Assembly (NCBI GenBank): GCA_027488835.1
Contig: JAIYAW010000006.1
Location: 556-64,555 of the forward strand
Source of the DNA: Bacteroidota bacterium
GTDB taxonomy: Bacteria > Bacteroidota > Bacteroidia > NS11-12g > UBA955
Direction: 5' to 3'
Length of the DNA: 64,000 nucleotides
This document shows, one piece after another, positions 28,954-38,819 of this stretch. The position numbers and the translations under genes are program-made. The notes beneath the pieces were generated by a model that saw nothing but the letters and a program-made list of their open reading frames with translations, did not search any database and was not told the DNA's origin. Each line of letters opens with the position of its first letter. The stretch's first letter is position 1.

Positions 28954-30980
28954 TTCCAGAATCTCCAATTGAATCCGAACCTTAAGCGGTAGGGTTCAAT
29001 TGGGTATTTATATGTTTGTTCGTATCTTTTGTTTACACCAGGAACAATAAGCCATTCGTTTAAGTGTTCGTATTTTAAGAATAGATCAACTGTTTGAATT
29101 CTGCCACTGATAAATACATCGAAAACAGGGTAATTTCCCAAAGGATTTAAGTTGTTTGTATTCCAATAAAAAGCGCCGGCATCCGGTCTGTAATTGAGTT
29201 GCATGTATTGCGAAGTGTAAGTCCCCTCAACACCAATTCTAAATAACAACGCCTGATCGAATGCTTCATTTTGGTAAAATATTGAAGAACGCGCATTTAA
29301 TTTAGGCAATCCATAATTGCTCAATTCTTTGTTTTGATTTAACTGTAAATAAACCTGTTCTTGGAAAATAAAACGACCGATTTTAAGAGAAACATCGGTT
29401 GAAAATTGAACATAATTAACAATTTCTATTTTTTGAGGGACAGCGCTGTTGATGCTAATATAATCGTTTTGTAAACTACCTAAAGTTAATCCAATATTTC
29501 CCCACATTTGCTTCCCTTTTTTGATAATGTTGATGCCTGCAAACTGTTGTTGTGTAAAATTCGGATTGCTAGGAGTAGAGTGAAGGCTATCTGCCGAAAA
29601 ATGGTAATGATTGTTAGTGAAAGTTGATAAATATTGTGAAATTGGCTGATTTGAAATTTGACTTCTCACCGTTATAAAGTATTCTTTATTGAAACTTTTT
29701 TTCAATTCTGCGTTTAGCAAGAATGCTTTTTGTGCATACCCCAAAATAAATATATTTGCCTCTGCAAAAATTTCCCAACTTTTATATTTAGAATTTAATA
29801 TTCCTTCAAATCCTTGGGTATTTATTGAGTAATTTTTTGCTTTTGACAAAAATGTATCATATTGATAATTTAAATATTGAAAAATATGGTTTACTTGAAG
29901 ATTTGCATCGAGCGAAGCGAATTGTTTTTGGAAATTGATGCCAACTTTGTGTTCAAAGAGATTATACGACGTACTATCTCCAATTGTGTTTTTGGTAAAA
30001 TTATATTCATTGCCGTAGAAAGTTGTGTCTCTCGTTTTGTCTGTATATTGAAATCTTAATTTTTGAAAACGTATACTTTGAGAGATTCCAAAAGTTTTAG
30101 ATGAATCGAAAAAGTAACGATGTTTAAATCTATGGTCTGTTTGTGCCCAAAATGATTTTGCACTTGTTAAATTTGGATAGTAGTTCCCGAATAAACGTTG
30201 TTGAATTGTATTTGAAGCTTGGAAATTTGGTCCGTAAAATAAACTATCTGTTTTTAATCCTCCGTTTTCAATTCTACGGTTTCTATTCCATGAGAAAATA
30301 ACTTGTTGCTCGTATTGGCCAGATTTAGAAGTGAAATTACTCCCTAAAATTGTATTTCTATTTAAATTTTGTTGAAGTGCCACTTTTGGAGTGTACATAT
30401 CTTCATTTAAAATACTGCTGTAATCAATGGTGACATTCCAAGTTGCTGACAAATTTTGAGTGTGCAAAATGTCTAAGCCAATAATCCCACCTGAACCTTG
30501 TAAATACTTAACATTGGTGTAGGGTTGTGAAACTTTATGAAACTCAAAATTATCGGGGTTTTTTCCTTGTACCGGAAACTGTTGAAATCCAATTTGAATA
30601 CCTGAATTTTTAAAAGGTTGTATTGCTAAGAGTTTTTCAGGTGATCCAATGACTCCGAGGTTTGCAATTGGGATAATTTGTTTACTTGAAGGAGAATAAC
30701 GGTGAAAATTAGAAAAATTTGAGTCTGACTGGTGCAGAGTATCTCTCAATTGCCAAATAGTATTTGCCAATTGTGATTTGGGATAGGCACGCAGTTTTTT
30801 TGGTTTGCTTGCCCTTTCAATCGAATCTCTTTTCATACTCGCGGTGTCCGCACTTTTAGGTTCTAAAATAGAACCTTGCGAGTTGGGGAAAATTTGTGCA
30901 TCCACTTCATTGAAAAATAATGCGAGCACACAAGCCAATAAAATGATATGTTTAAATTGTTTTTTCAATTTGATTTGCAA
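28950..30980 (-). CDS. Putative porin / large outer-membrane beta-barrel protein
   Basis: 676 aa with a signal peptide (FNEVDAQ), beta-strand periodicity throughout, and a C-terminus RFGFNWRFWN. Apparent TTG start. Confidence 0.65.
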   Translation of the reverse strand: MQIKLKKQFKHIILLACVLALFFNEVDAQIFPNSQGSILEPKSADTASMKRDSIERASKPKKLRAYPKSQLANTIWQLRDTLHQSDSNFSNFHRYSPSSKQIIPIANLGVIGSPEKLLAIQPFKNSGIQIGFQQFPVQGKNPDNFEFHKVSQPYTNVKYLQGSGGIIGLDILHTQNLSATWNVTIDYSSILNEDMYTPKVALQQNLNRNTILGSNFTSKSGQYEQQVIFSWNRNRRIENGGLKTDSLFYGPNFQASNTIQQRLFGNYYPNLTSAKSFWAQTDHRFKHRYFFDSSKTFGISQSIRFQKLRFQYTDKTRDTTFYGNEYNFTKNTIGDSTSYNLFEHKVGINFQKQFASLDANLQVNHIFQYLNYQYDTFLSKAKNYSINTQGFEGILNSKYKSWEIFAEANIFILGYAQKAFLLNAELKKSFNKEYFITVRSQISNQPISQYLSTFTNNHYHFSADSLHSTPSNPNFTQQQFAGINIIKKGKQMWGNIGLTLGSLQNDYISINSAVPQKIEIVNYVQFSTDVSLKIGRFIFQEQVYLQLNQNKELSNYGLPKLNARSSIFYQNEAFDQALLFRIGVEGTYTSQYMQLNYRPDAGAFYWNTNNLNPLGNYPVFDVFISGRIQTVDLFLKYEHLNEWLIVPGVNKRYEQTYKYPIEPYRLRFGFNWRFWN

Positions 30981-31065
30981 ATTTGCGTATAATTTTTGAG
31001 GTATTATCTTTTATCAGGTGCCGATTTCTCGAAAAAATTGCTATAAATTGCGTAAATCGTAAATA

Positions 31066-31536
31066 ATGGAATTAATTTTTAAGATTTTAGGCACAGTGGG
31101 TTTATCAATTATCAAGTATTTAATTGGTGTAACATTTGCTTTGAAAGTGCTAAATCCTATTGAAGGATTTATCTCCACAACAATAGGTTCGAGTATTTCA
31201 GTTTTAATTTATGTATACGGGGGAACTGAATTAACCCGGTTTTTCAGGGAGCGTAAAATTAGAAGACAGGGTGATAAATATAAAAAGCCTTTGGTATTCA
31301 CTAAAAAAAATCGTTTTTTGGTGAAAATTCGAAAGAATGGGGGATTGCCTTTGGTTGCTTTTTTGTCGCCGGTTATTATTAGTTTGACCGTCGGTTGCTT
31401 GTTGGCAATTACTTTCATTCACAATAGACCCAAAATTGTAACATATATGATAATCTCAATTTTTATTTGGGGGATAATGATTTTTGGTGGTAAAAATTTG
31501 CTCTATGCTCAATTTGGTTGGGAACTTGCTAAATAA
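31066..31536 (+). CDS. Small 4-TM membrane protein
   Basis: 156 aa with two pairs of TM helices separated by a basic loop (RERKIRRQGDKYKK). Function unknown. Confidence 0.6.
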   Translation: MELIFKILGTVGLSIIKYLIGVTFALKVLNPIEGFISTTIGSSISVLIYVYGGTELTRFFRERKIRRQGDKYKKPLVFTKKNRFLVKIRKNGGLPLVAFLSPVIISLTVGCLLAITFIHNRPKIVTYMIISIFIWGIMIFGGKNLLYAQFGWELAK

Positions 31537-31555
31537 AATGATAATTGGGAAATAA

Positions 31556-33595
31556 ATGATTTTGAAAAAGGCATACATATTTATCATTTCTGCAATATTA
31601 CTAATTGCATGTTCTAGAGAGCAAACGAGTTGGGATATCAACTCAACTTTGCCTTTGTTTCAAACGGAAATGTCATTAGACAATGTTGATACACGATATT
31701 TAAATCCAACATTAACTGATAGTAGTTATCTTTTGAATTATGAAAATCTAATTTATAGATACAAAATTAATGATTTACAGGCTACAGATACGGGTATTGA
31801 TGCCTTTTTTAGTTTAAGAAAACTGAAATTAAGTGATAGAACGATTGAAAATAATATTACCCTGGGGCAGATCAATCCCTTATTTAAAATTTTGAATGGA
31901 CAGACCGCGGATATTCCAGCTCAAGTTCAGTCTAATTTAGAACCTACAGACATTGATGCAAGTGCGTTTTTTGAAACTGCTACATTAGATACTGGTTATT
32001 TAGATATATCAATCACGAATGGTTTACCTGTAAATATTTCGTTAATTGTGTTTGAATTAACAAATTCGGGTGATAATTCCGTTGTTGCACTTGATTCTTT
32101 TAAAAATATAAATAAAAACGGCGGAATAGCAACTAAAACCATTGATTTAAGAAATAAAACCGTTACCAAAACTTTAAAGGGAACAATTAAAAAACTTATC
32201 ACTGAAGCTAGTGGTGGTTTGGTCTTAATTGATGCAAGTAAGGGTATCAATGTAAAGTTGTCTGTTCGTAATTTAAGGCCGAGAAATGCTATAGCAGCTT
32301 TTCCTACTCAAAATGTAATTGACCAAAATGAAGGTTTAACGCTATACATGGGTGGTGCTGAGGTAAAGTATTTCAAGGTAGCATCTGGACAATTGCGAAT
32401 AAAAGTAGAAAGTACAATTCAAGAAAATATGTCAATGGTCCTTTCTTTGCCCGGTGCAATGAAAGATGGTAAACCTTTTTATCAAGAATTAAAAATGCCC
32501 GGTTCTGCAGGAAATGGTGTTGCCACAACCCAACAGATATACGATATGTCGGGGTATTTGTTAGATTTTCGAGGGAAAGATCCATTAACAAATGATACGG
32601 TAAATACTTTCCATCAAATTTTAAGGGTTACATTAGATAGCAGCGGAAGAAAGTTGGCTGTTAGTTTAAAGGATAGTATCAAACTTACTTATCGAATTGA
32701 GGGATTAAAACCGGAATACGCCATTGGTTATTTGGGGAATTCTTTGAGTAGAACTGGCTCAAAAGTAACAGATTTTAGTTTATTTAAAGGCTTAGATGGT
32801 GATTTGAAAGTAAAAGACATCAATGTTTCATTTGTATTGCGAAACAGCATTGGTACTGATGGTAGATTCAAATTACATTCATTGGAAGGTGAAAATGTAT
32901 TTAATAACAATAAATTGGCTTTGAGTGCGAATCCACTTATGAATGATTTGTTTGTGACATCGCCAATTTTCCAAAGAGATAAATACACCGAAACAGTGGT
33001 TGATTTGAATTCGAGCAATTCTAATATAAAATCCTTTTTAGAAAATCTCCCTCAGAAATTAAATTACGATTTAGAAACTGAAATTTCACCAAATGGCAAT
33101 GTCAATAATTACAAGGATTTTGTTTTTGACAATTCACGACTCGATGTAATCATGAGGGTTCAGGCACCTGCTACATTTGCTTTTGGTGGATTTGTTTTAA
33201 GGGATACTCAAGGTTTGAATTTGAGCAATATTGGTGCAATGGAACGCATAAAAAGTGCAACATTATTCTTAGATATGACCAATTCTTTCCCTATGGATTT
33301 TGGAATTGAAGTGGAAATACTCGACAACCAATATAAATCTTTGGGCTTTTTAAATGTTGATCCGGCTTCTGGTATTTTGGCAGGTGATGTAGATGCCAGC
33401 GGTTATCCCCTTAAAGCAAATAGTTCCATGTTGGTAATAAAACTACCTCGAGAAAAAGTGGGCATGTTAAAAAATGCCGGTTATGTGGCTTTGAAAATGA
33501 AAGTGAAGGGCAATGGCAAAATGCAACGACTTTTCAACACCAGTAAGCTTAAGGTAAAATCTAGAATTCAATTTGAGTATGAAGCGAGGAATTAA
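31556..33595 (+). CDS. Hypothetical large lipoprotein
   Basis: Lipobox LLIAC-S at residues 15-20. 679 aa, beta-rich, no recognisable catalytic motif. Confidence 0.65.
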   Translation: MILKKAYIFIISAILLIACSREQTSWDINSTLPLFQTEMSLDNVDTRYLNPTLTDSSYLLNYENLIYRYKINDLQATDTGIDAFFSLRKLKLSDRTIENNITLGQINPLFKILNGQTADIPAQVQSNLEPTDIDASAFFETATLDTGYLDISITNGLPVNISLIVFELTNSGDNSVVALDSFKNINKNGGIATKTIDLRNKTVTKTLKGTIKKLITEASGGLVLIDASKGINVKLSVRNLRPRNAIAAFPTQNVIDQNEGLTLYMGGAEVKYFKVASGQLRIKVESTIQENMSMVLSLPGAMKDGKPFYQELKMPGSAGNGVATTQQIYDMSGYLLDFRGKDPLTNDTVNTFHQILRVTLDSSGRKLAVSLKDSIKLTYRIEGLKPEYAIGYLGNSLSRTGSKVTDFSLFKGLDGDLKVKDINVSFVLRNSIGTDGRFKLHSLEGENVFNNNKLALSANPLMNDLFVTSPIFQRDKYTETVVDLNSSNSNIKSFLENLPQKLNYDLETEISPNGNVNNYKDFVFDNSRLDVIMRVQAPATFAFGGFVLRDTQGLNLSNIGAMERIKSATLFLDMTNSFPMDFGIEVEILDNQYKSLGFLNVDPASGILAGDVDASGYPLKANSSMLVIKLPREKVGMLKNAGYVALKMKVKGNGKMQRLFNTSKLKVKSRIQFEYEARN

Positions 33596-34982
33596 ACTTC
33601 TTTTATTGGTTGGCTTTTTACCTTTTTTTCAATTACATGGATTGAATGATTCATTGGGTAAGGCTAAAATAGGTTTCCCTATTAGAACTAATCTCGTGCC
33701 GGTTATAAGCAAAAATGTTTCAATGGTATTACCAATTGCGTCATTTGAAATCGAATCTGGGTCAAACGCAGTGCCGCTTTCTATGGTGTCAAAATTTGCT
33801 TTTGGAGGTTATATATCGCCTGAAAGCATGAATGCTTATCAGTCGTTATTGAGTAGTTCGAATCGGATGGGAGCATGCCAGGAATATCGTTTAACGCTTT
33901 ATCCAATTGTTGGTATCGAAAGGAATAAAAATATCTCTTTAAAAACAGTTGAATTGCTCATTCAAGATGTTCAAGGTGCCAATTTTACTCAAGATGCATT
34001 TCGAATGTTTTTTCAAGGAAATACCAATTATTTAGGTCAAACTTTGAATGCGAATAAAAATGAAATAGAATCTTGGAGAAACAGAGTCATCCGATTTGTT
34101 TTTAATACCAAGTCGAAATTTTTTGGATTTACCTTAAATCCAAGTATTCAGTTCGGACAATGCTTGTCTTACAACAGAATTTCAACCAAAGATATCAAGC
34201 TAACCAGTGATCAATTTGGAGACAAAGTTGATTTTTCCGGAAGTGGGTATTTTGCCTCTTCTGGATATTCTTTTGGTGGAAATGGTTATGGATTGCAAGC
34301 GGGATTAGATTTATCGAAATCTATTTTAAATTCAAATGGAATGCTCACGTACGTTGAATTCAAATTGCAAAATTTTGGTTTTTATAGTTTTTCTGATGTT
34401 AGTGTAACAAGTAAAGATGCAATTTGGAATGCAAATGGTGAAGGTTTAACCCCTGATGACTATCAAAACTCTCAACCATTAAACTTAACGGCAGTGCAAA
34501 TAAATACATCAGATTTACGTTTTGGTTCTTGGTTCACCAGACAAAAAGATAGCATTGTGAGTAAGTTGAATCTAACAGATTCAAAGCGAAGGGGAACGAT
34601 AATGTTTCCATTTACAATTTACGCAGGTATTGATTTTAGAAATAGAAACAATTTTAATGCGAAATTATATAGCCAATTGATTTCTCTAAAATATATCGAT
34701 GTTATAGGTTACTTTCCACGATTGAATTACATGGCAACGTTTAAGGGGAAATATAATAGAAAAAAGAGCAACAATACCACAACGTTTTTTTACCAAGTAG
34801 GTGCAAGTGTTGGTGGATTTGATGATTTTGATATCAATGCGGGTTTGAGTTTTAATACGCTCAATTTCAAAGGGAAACCTTTGGTTTGGGGCATCAATTT
34901 AATGGGAATTGAGTCATTTGTCAATCCTTCAAAATGGCATGGTGGAGGAATTGGGATGCATATTGGCTATCAAATTTTTTAA
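33579..34982 (+). CDS. Hypothetical outer-membrane beta-barrel protein
   Basis: The track starts at TTG 33573. ATG 33579 gives MKRGIKLLLLVGF. The C-terminus ends GMHIGYQIF (terminal Phe, barrel-like). Overlaps the upstream gene by 17 nt. Confidence 0.6.
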   Translation: MKRGIKLLLLVGFLPFFQLHGLNDSLGKAKIGFPIRTNLVPVISKNVSMVLPIASFEIESGSNAVPLSMVSKFAFGGYISPESMNAYQSLLSSSNRMGACQEYRLTLYPIVGIERNKNISLKTVELLIQDVQGANFTQDAFRMFFQGNTNYLGQTLNANKNEIESWRNRVIRFVFNTKSKFFGFTLNPSIQFGQCLSYNRISTKDIKLTSDQFGDKVDFSGSGYFASSGYSFGGNGYGLQAGLDLSKSILNSNGMLTYVEFKLQNFGFYSFSDVSVTSKDAIWNANGEGLTPDDYQNSQPLNLTAVQINTSDLRFGSWFTRQKDSIVSKLNLTDSKRRGTIMFPFTIYAGIDFRNRNNFNAKLYSQLISLKYIDVIGYFPRLNYMATFKGKYNRKKSNNTTTFFYQVGASVGGFDDFDINAGLSFNTLNFKGKPLVWGINLMGIESFVNPSKWHGGGIGMHIGYQIF

Positions 34983-36527
34983 TTATTTTATTTTTGTAAA
35001 TGGGCAAATATGTAAATTACCCGATTGAAAAATTGGTTCTGATATTTTATACTTTTTTAAATTCAATTTTTGCCAATGCTCAAGATCGTTTAAAACGATA
35101 ATTGACAGAAAATTTGTATTTTTTTCTTCGAATTTTCTGTCGAAAATGTCTTCAATAACCTCATTACTGAAATCGTTTGCTATTCTAATTCCTTGCCTTC
35201 CTAATAGGTATAAAGATGTATTTGGGCTGTCATCAAAAGCTGCAAAAATCTCATTTTTATTTCGGTATTTTTGATTAATAAATTCTTTCGCTTTTTGATA
35301 GTCGTCAATATTTCCAATCACATTTTGGCAATAATAGTCGTTGGGTGTAAAAGTGCGTTTTACATTGTTTTTGGCATGAATGCTATTTGAAATTGGTAAG
35401 ACATACATGGCAATTAAACTAACTACACCCGAAATTCCAGTAAAGACGCTTCTATTTTCTATATGAACCTTATACAACCACAGAAAAACAAAAAACAAAC
35501 ATGGGAAGAGAACTACAAAATAATAATCATGGTAACGGAATTGAACATTGAAAAAGGTGAAAATGATGAAAAATCCCCCAAATAATAAAATGCCGATGTA
35601 TCCAATGATGTCTAATTGTTTGAAATACTTAATTAATGTTACAAGCCAAATAAGCAAAATGCCCATCAACACCGAAAAGGGATAAATTCTGTCTCCCCAA
35701 GTATTGAAAGAAAAACGTGTGTTTTCAAAAAAATCCGGAATTGATTTCGCAGGATTTGTAGCCTGTAGAAAATGATGATTCCATGTTAGTTGTGTTAAAT
35801 AATTGGAATAGTAATACCAAGCAGATACAATCACAAATGGAATAAAAAATAAAACATATTGCCTTGGTTTGAAAGATATTGGATTCAAAATTGCGTTTGG
35901 TTTGATTTTCTGAAGGATAATGATTCCCAATAAGGCAAAATGATTGATAAAGAATGTTACTTTCAATAAGCCAGATAAGGTTGTGAATAAAACATATAAG
36001 TAGATCGATTTCTTTTTATTTATACCGTGATAGTATTTAAAAAAATGATACCAAGCAATCATTGAAAATGAGAAAGCGGGTATGTCTGGAATGTAATTAA
36101 ATGAATAATAAACTAAAATAGGGGAAGAATACCAAAGTATAAAAATACAGTACCTATGAATGGTTTTAAAAACATACATACCAGTTAGTTTCCAAATTGA
36201 GAAGCATCCTGCAAATACAATAGCGCCCATTACTGCACGATAAATGAAATGATGAAAACCGAATAATTGATACAATAAGCTAACAATATATTGTATGATA
36301 GGAAATTCCAAACCAGTTAGTCCATGGTAAGCCCTTGATTCCATAACCCTAGGTTCAAAGAAATTCTCTGAGTAATTGAAGTAATTTAATGCAATGCTTG
36401 CTCTGTCGGCTTGTGCCCCTTGGTGCATACCAAAAGGTGGTAAATAAATGTATTCAATCCAATTAAAGAACACTTGAAGGAGTATCCAAAATAAAACAAA
36501 TTGTGTGTTTTTATTTTTAAGATTCAT
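34983..36527 (-). CDS. Polytopic GT-C-type (ArnT/PMT-like) glycosyltransferase, tentative
   Basis: 514 aa with more than 10 TM helices plus a C-terminal soluble domain. Overlaps the upstream polyprenyl-phosphate GT2 gene by 11 nt. Confidence 0.6.
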   Translation of the reverse strand: MNLKNKNTQFVLFWILLQVFFNWIEYIYLPPFGMHQGAQADRASIALNYFNYSENFFEPRVMESRAYHGLTGLEFPIIQYIVSLLYQLFGFHHFIYRAVMGAIVFAGCFSIWKLTGMYVFKTIHRYCIFILWYSSPILVYYSFNYIPDIPAFSFSMIAWYHFFKYYHGINKKKSIYLYVLFTTLSGLLKVTFFINHFALLGIIILQKIKPNAILNPISFKPRQYVLFFIPFVIVSAWYYYSNYLTQLTWNHHFLQATNPAKSIPDFFENTRFSFNTWGDRIYPFSVLMGILLIWLVTLIKYFKQLDIIGYIGILLFGGFFIIFTFFNVQFRYHDYYFVVLFPCLFFVFLWLYKVHIENRSVFTGISGVVSLIAMYVLPISNSIHAKNNVKRTFTPNDYYCQNVIGNIDDYQKAKEFINQKYRNKNEIFAAFDDSPNTSLYLLGRQGIRIANDFSNEVIEDIFDRKFEEKNTNFLSIIVLNDLEHWQKLNLKKYKISEPIFQSGNLHICPFTKIK

Positions 36528-37464
36528 TTGAATTCAAATTTGAATCTCTTACAATAAAGTGAGGCCTATTTTTTACATTTTCGCTTACTCTTCCTAAATA
36601 TTCACCCAATATACCGATTCCAATGAGTTGTATTCCACCAATAAATAAAACAGAAATATTGAGCGATGTCCATCCTTTTTCAGTTTCCCCGAAGAATTTT
36701 TGGTACAAACTGTAGATGATAAGCAGAAAGGAAATAAACGAAACAATAAATCCACTGATGGTTGCTACTTTCAATGGCCAAGTGCTAAATCCACTGATAC
36801 CATCAATTGCAAATCCTATCATTTTACGGTAAGTAAATTTGGTTTGCCCCGACATTCTTTCTTCGCGGTCATATTCGATAAAGGTTTGATTAAATCCTAT
36901 CCATGCTATTTGTCCACGGATATATTTATGCTGTTCAGGCATTTGATTTAATATTCTTTGTACTTTTTGATGGATGATTCTAAAATCGCCAGTGTCTACA
37001 GGGATTTCTATATTTGTAATTTTTGCGAGTATTCTATAAAAAAGTTTTGCAGTAAATTTTTTCAATAAACCCTCTCCTTGGCGTTTTTTTCTTTTGGCAT
37101 AAACTACCTCAAAGCCGCTAACTGCTTTGTTGTATAATTCGGGTAATAATTCTGGTGGATCTTGACCGTCTCCATCCATAATAACTAAATATTTGCCTTT
37201 CGCAAATTGTATACCTGCAGAAATTGCTTGTTGATGACCGAAATTTCTTGAAAAATCAATGTACTTGACATTCGGAAATTGATGAGTCAATCCAATGACT
37301 AGAGGAAGAGTTTTGTCCTTGCTGCCATCATTGATATAAATAATTTCATTTGAAATAGACATTGATGCCAATACAGTGATTATTCGCTCATTTAGAGCAC
37401 CTATATTCTGTTCTTCATTGAACAAAGGCACAATGACCGACAATTCTATATTTTTTTCTGACAT
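36517..37464 (-). CDS. GT2 polyprenyl-phosphate glycosyltransferase (ArnC/GtrB/DPM1-like)
   Basis: LSVIVPLFNEE, YINDGSKD, DGDGQDPP (the DxD region) and two C-terminal TM helices. 315 aa. Confidence 0.88.
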   Translation of the reverse strand: MSEKNIELSVIVPLFNEEQNIGALNERIITVLASMSISNEIIYINDGSKDKTLPLVIGLTHQFPNVKYIDFSRNFGHQQAISAGIQFAKGKYLVIMDGDGQDPPELLPELYNKAVSGFEVVYAKRKKRQGEGLLKKFTAKLFYRILAKITNIEIPVDTGDFRIIHQKVQRILNQMPEQHKYIRGQIAWIGFNQTFIEYDREERMSGQTKFTYRKMIGFAIDGISGFSTWPLKVATISGFIVSFISFLLIIYSLYQKFFGETEKGWTSLNISVLFIGGIQLIGIGILGEYLGRVSENVKNRPHFIVRDSNLNSNES

Positions 37465-37468
37465 ACAG

Positions 37469-37476
37469 CAAAAATA
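37469..37476 (-). promoter_or_regulatory. -7 box TATTTTTG for the GT2/GT-C operon, 4 nt before ATG 37464
   Basis: Exact TAnnTTTG on the minus strand, N4 spacing. Confidence 0.5.
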
Positions 37477-37492
37477 TTCATTTTATCTGAAG

Positions 37493-37500
37493 TAACTTTG
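37493..37500 (+). promoter_or_regulatory. -7 box TAACTTTG for the thioredoxin lipoprotein, 4 nt before ATG 37505
   Basis: Exact TAnnTTTG, N4 spacing. Lies 16 bp from the divergent GT2 box. Confidence 0.5.
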
Positions 37501-37504
37501 TGTT

Positions 37505-38002
37505 ATGAAAAGAAGATTTTTAATGAATGGAATATTTACCTCAATTTTTTTAGGAATGAGTGTGTTTTTATTGGCGAGTTGTCAATCAAAATCAACTGAG
37601 CCAATGAATCAAGACAGCACAACAACCGCAGCGATTACCCCGGAAACCGTTGCTTCAACACCAGTTGAAAATGTTTCAGATCATGACAATCACAAAAAGT
37701 TAACGCTTGAAGAATTCAATAAAGAAATTTCTTCTGAAAAGTTGTCTATGGTTGATTTTTATACCACATGGTGTGGTCCTTGCAAGCAAATGGCTCCATT
37801 TGTTGCTGAAATAAAAGCAGAAAAATCTGAAATTGTGAATGTAATTAAAGTAGATGCAGAAGCGCAATTAGACATTTCAAGTAAATATAATTTGGAAGGA
37901 TATCCTACAATTATTTTCTTCAAAAAAGGAGAAGTAATTTTTAAACAATTGGGAGCGCTTGATAAAGAAGGTCTGCTTCAATTGGTAAACAAATACAAGT
38001 AA
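37505..38002 (+). CDS. Thioredoxin-fold lipoprotein
   Basis: Lipobox LLASC and active site WCGPC. 165 aa. Confidence 0.88.
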   Translation: MKRRFLMNGIFTSIFLGMSVFLLASCQSKSTEPMNQDSTTTAAITPETVASTPVENVSDHDNHKKLTLEEFNKEISSEKLSMVDFYTTWCGPCKQMAPFVAEIKAEKSEIVNVIKVDAEAQLDISSKYNLEGYPTIIFFKKGEVIFKQLGALDKEGLLQLVNKYK

Positions 38003-38023
38003 TTGTATTTTAAAATAATGCAT

Positions 38024-38056
38024 AAAAAAGGCGAATCGTATGATTCGCCTTTTTTT
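38024..38056. terminator. Bidirectional terminator between the thioredoxin and comA-type genes
   Basis: 8-bp stem GGCGAATC/GATTCGCC, GTAT loop, A6 upstream and T7 downstream. The T-run overlaps the comA-type stop codon. Confidence 0.85.
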
Positions 38057-38819
38057 ATAAGAAAAAATGGAAGCTATCTCCGCGCAATCCAATACGCAGA
38101 GTTTCCAATGGAATTACTTCGTTTGGAGCAATATTTCCTAGGTTTATATTTGTTCCGTAAAGTTGAATAAACCAAACTTGTTGCGCCTTTTGTGGAGCTT
38201 CCCAAATGATTTTATCTTGAGGTATTTTTCGAATGATTTCTGCAACCAATCCAGAACGTACCTCTCCAGAACCTCTGAAAATTCCAACAGTTCCAGATTC
38301 ACGTGCTTCGCCAATGACCTTCCATGCACCAGCTTCAAGTTCTGTTTCCATTTGTTCAATCCACTCGTATGGAGGGATGATTTTTTCGGCATCTTTACTA
38401 CCAACTTCGCTCAGTACAGTGAAATTCTTAGCCAAAGTGCGAATATATTCGCATTTTTCATCATGGGGCATATCTAAACTGCCGTCACTCACTTCTGCAT
38501 AGGTAATTTTAGTTCTGTCTAGGAGCCTTAAATAATCATCAAATTGATTTCTAGCGATATAAGCTTCAAACAATGTACCACCAAAATAAACTGGAATATT
38601 TGCTGAATGATAAAGATTTATTTTTTCAATTAAATTAGGACTAACAAAACCAGTACCGAATCCGAGTTTTACAATATCGGTATGTGGCTCATTCATAGAA
38701 ATAAAGTTTTCTACTTCCCCAAGTGATAAACCTTTGTCCATAACCATTGTTATGCCATTTTGCCTTGGTTTAGCACTTCTTTCTGGAAGTTTTGTAAGTT
38801 GAAATAAGTCGTTATTCAT
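38055..38819 (-). CDS. comA: (2R)-phospho-3-sulfolactate synthase (ComA family)
   Basis: 254 aa. VMDKGL, DIVKLGFGT, GGTLFE, EVSDGS, EARESG, WEAPQKAQQVWFI and LETLRIGLRGDSF match the archaeal/Bacillus ComA/YitD family along the full length. Confidence 0.85.
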   Translation of the reverse strand: MNNDLFQLTKLPERSAKPRQNGITMVMDKGLSLGEVENFISMNEPHTDIVKLGFGTGFVSPNLIEKINLYHSANIPVYFGGTLFEAYIARNQFDDYLRLLDRTKITYAEVSDGSLDMPHDEKCEYIRTLAKNFTVLSEVGSKDAEKIIPPYEWIEQMETELEAGAWKVIGEARESGTVGIFRGSGEVRSGLVAEIIRKIPQDKIIWEAPQKAQQVWFIQLYGTNINLGNIAPNEVIPLETLRIGLRGDSFHFFL

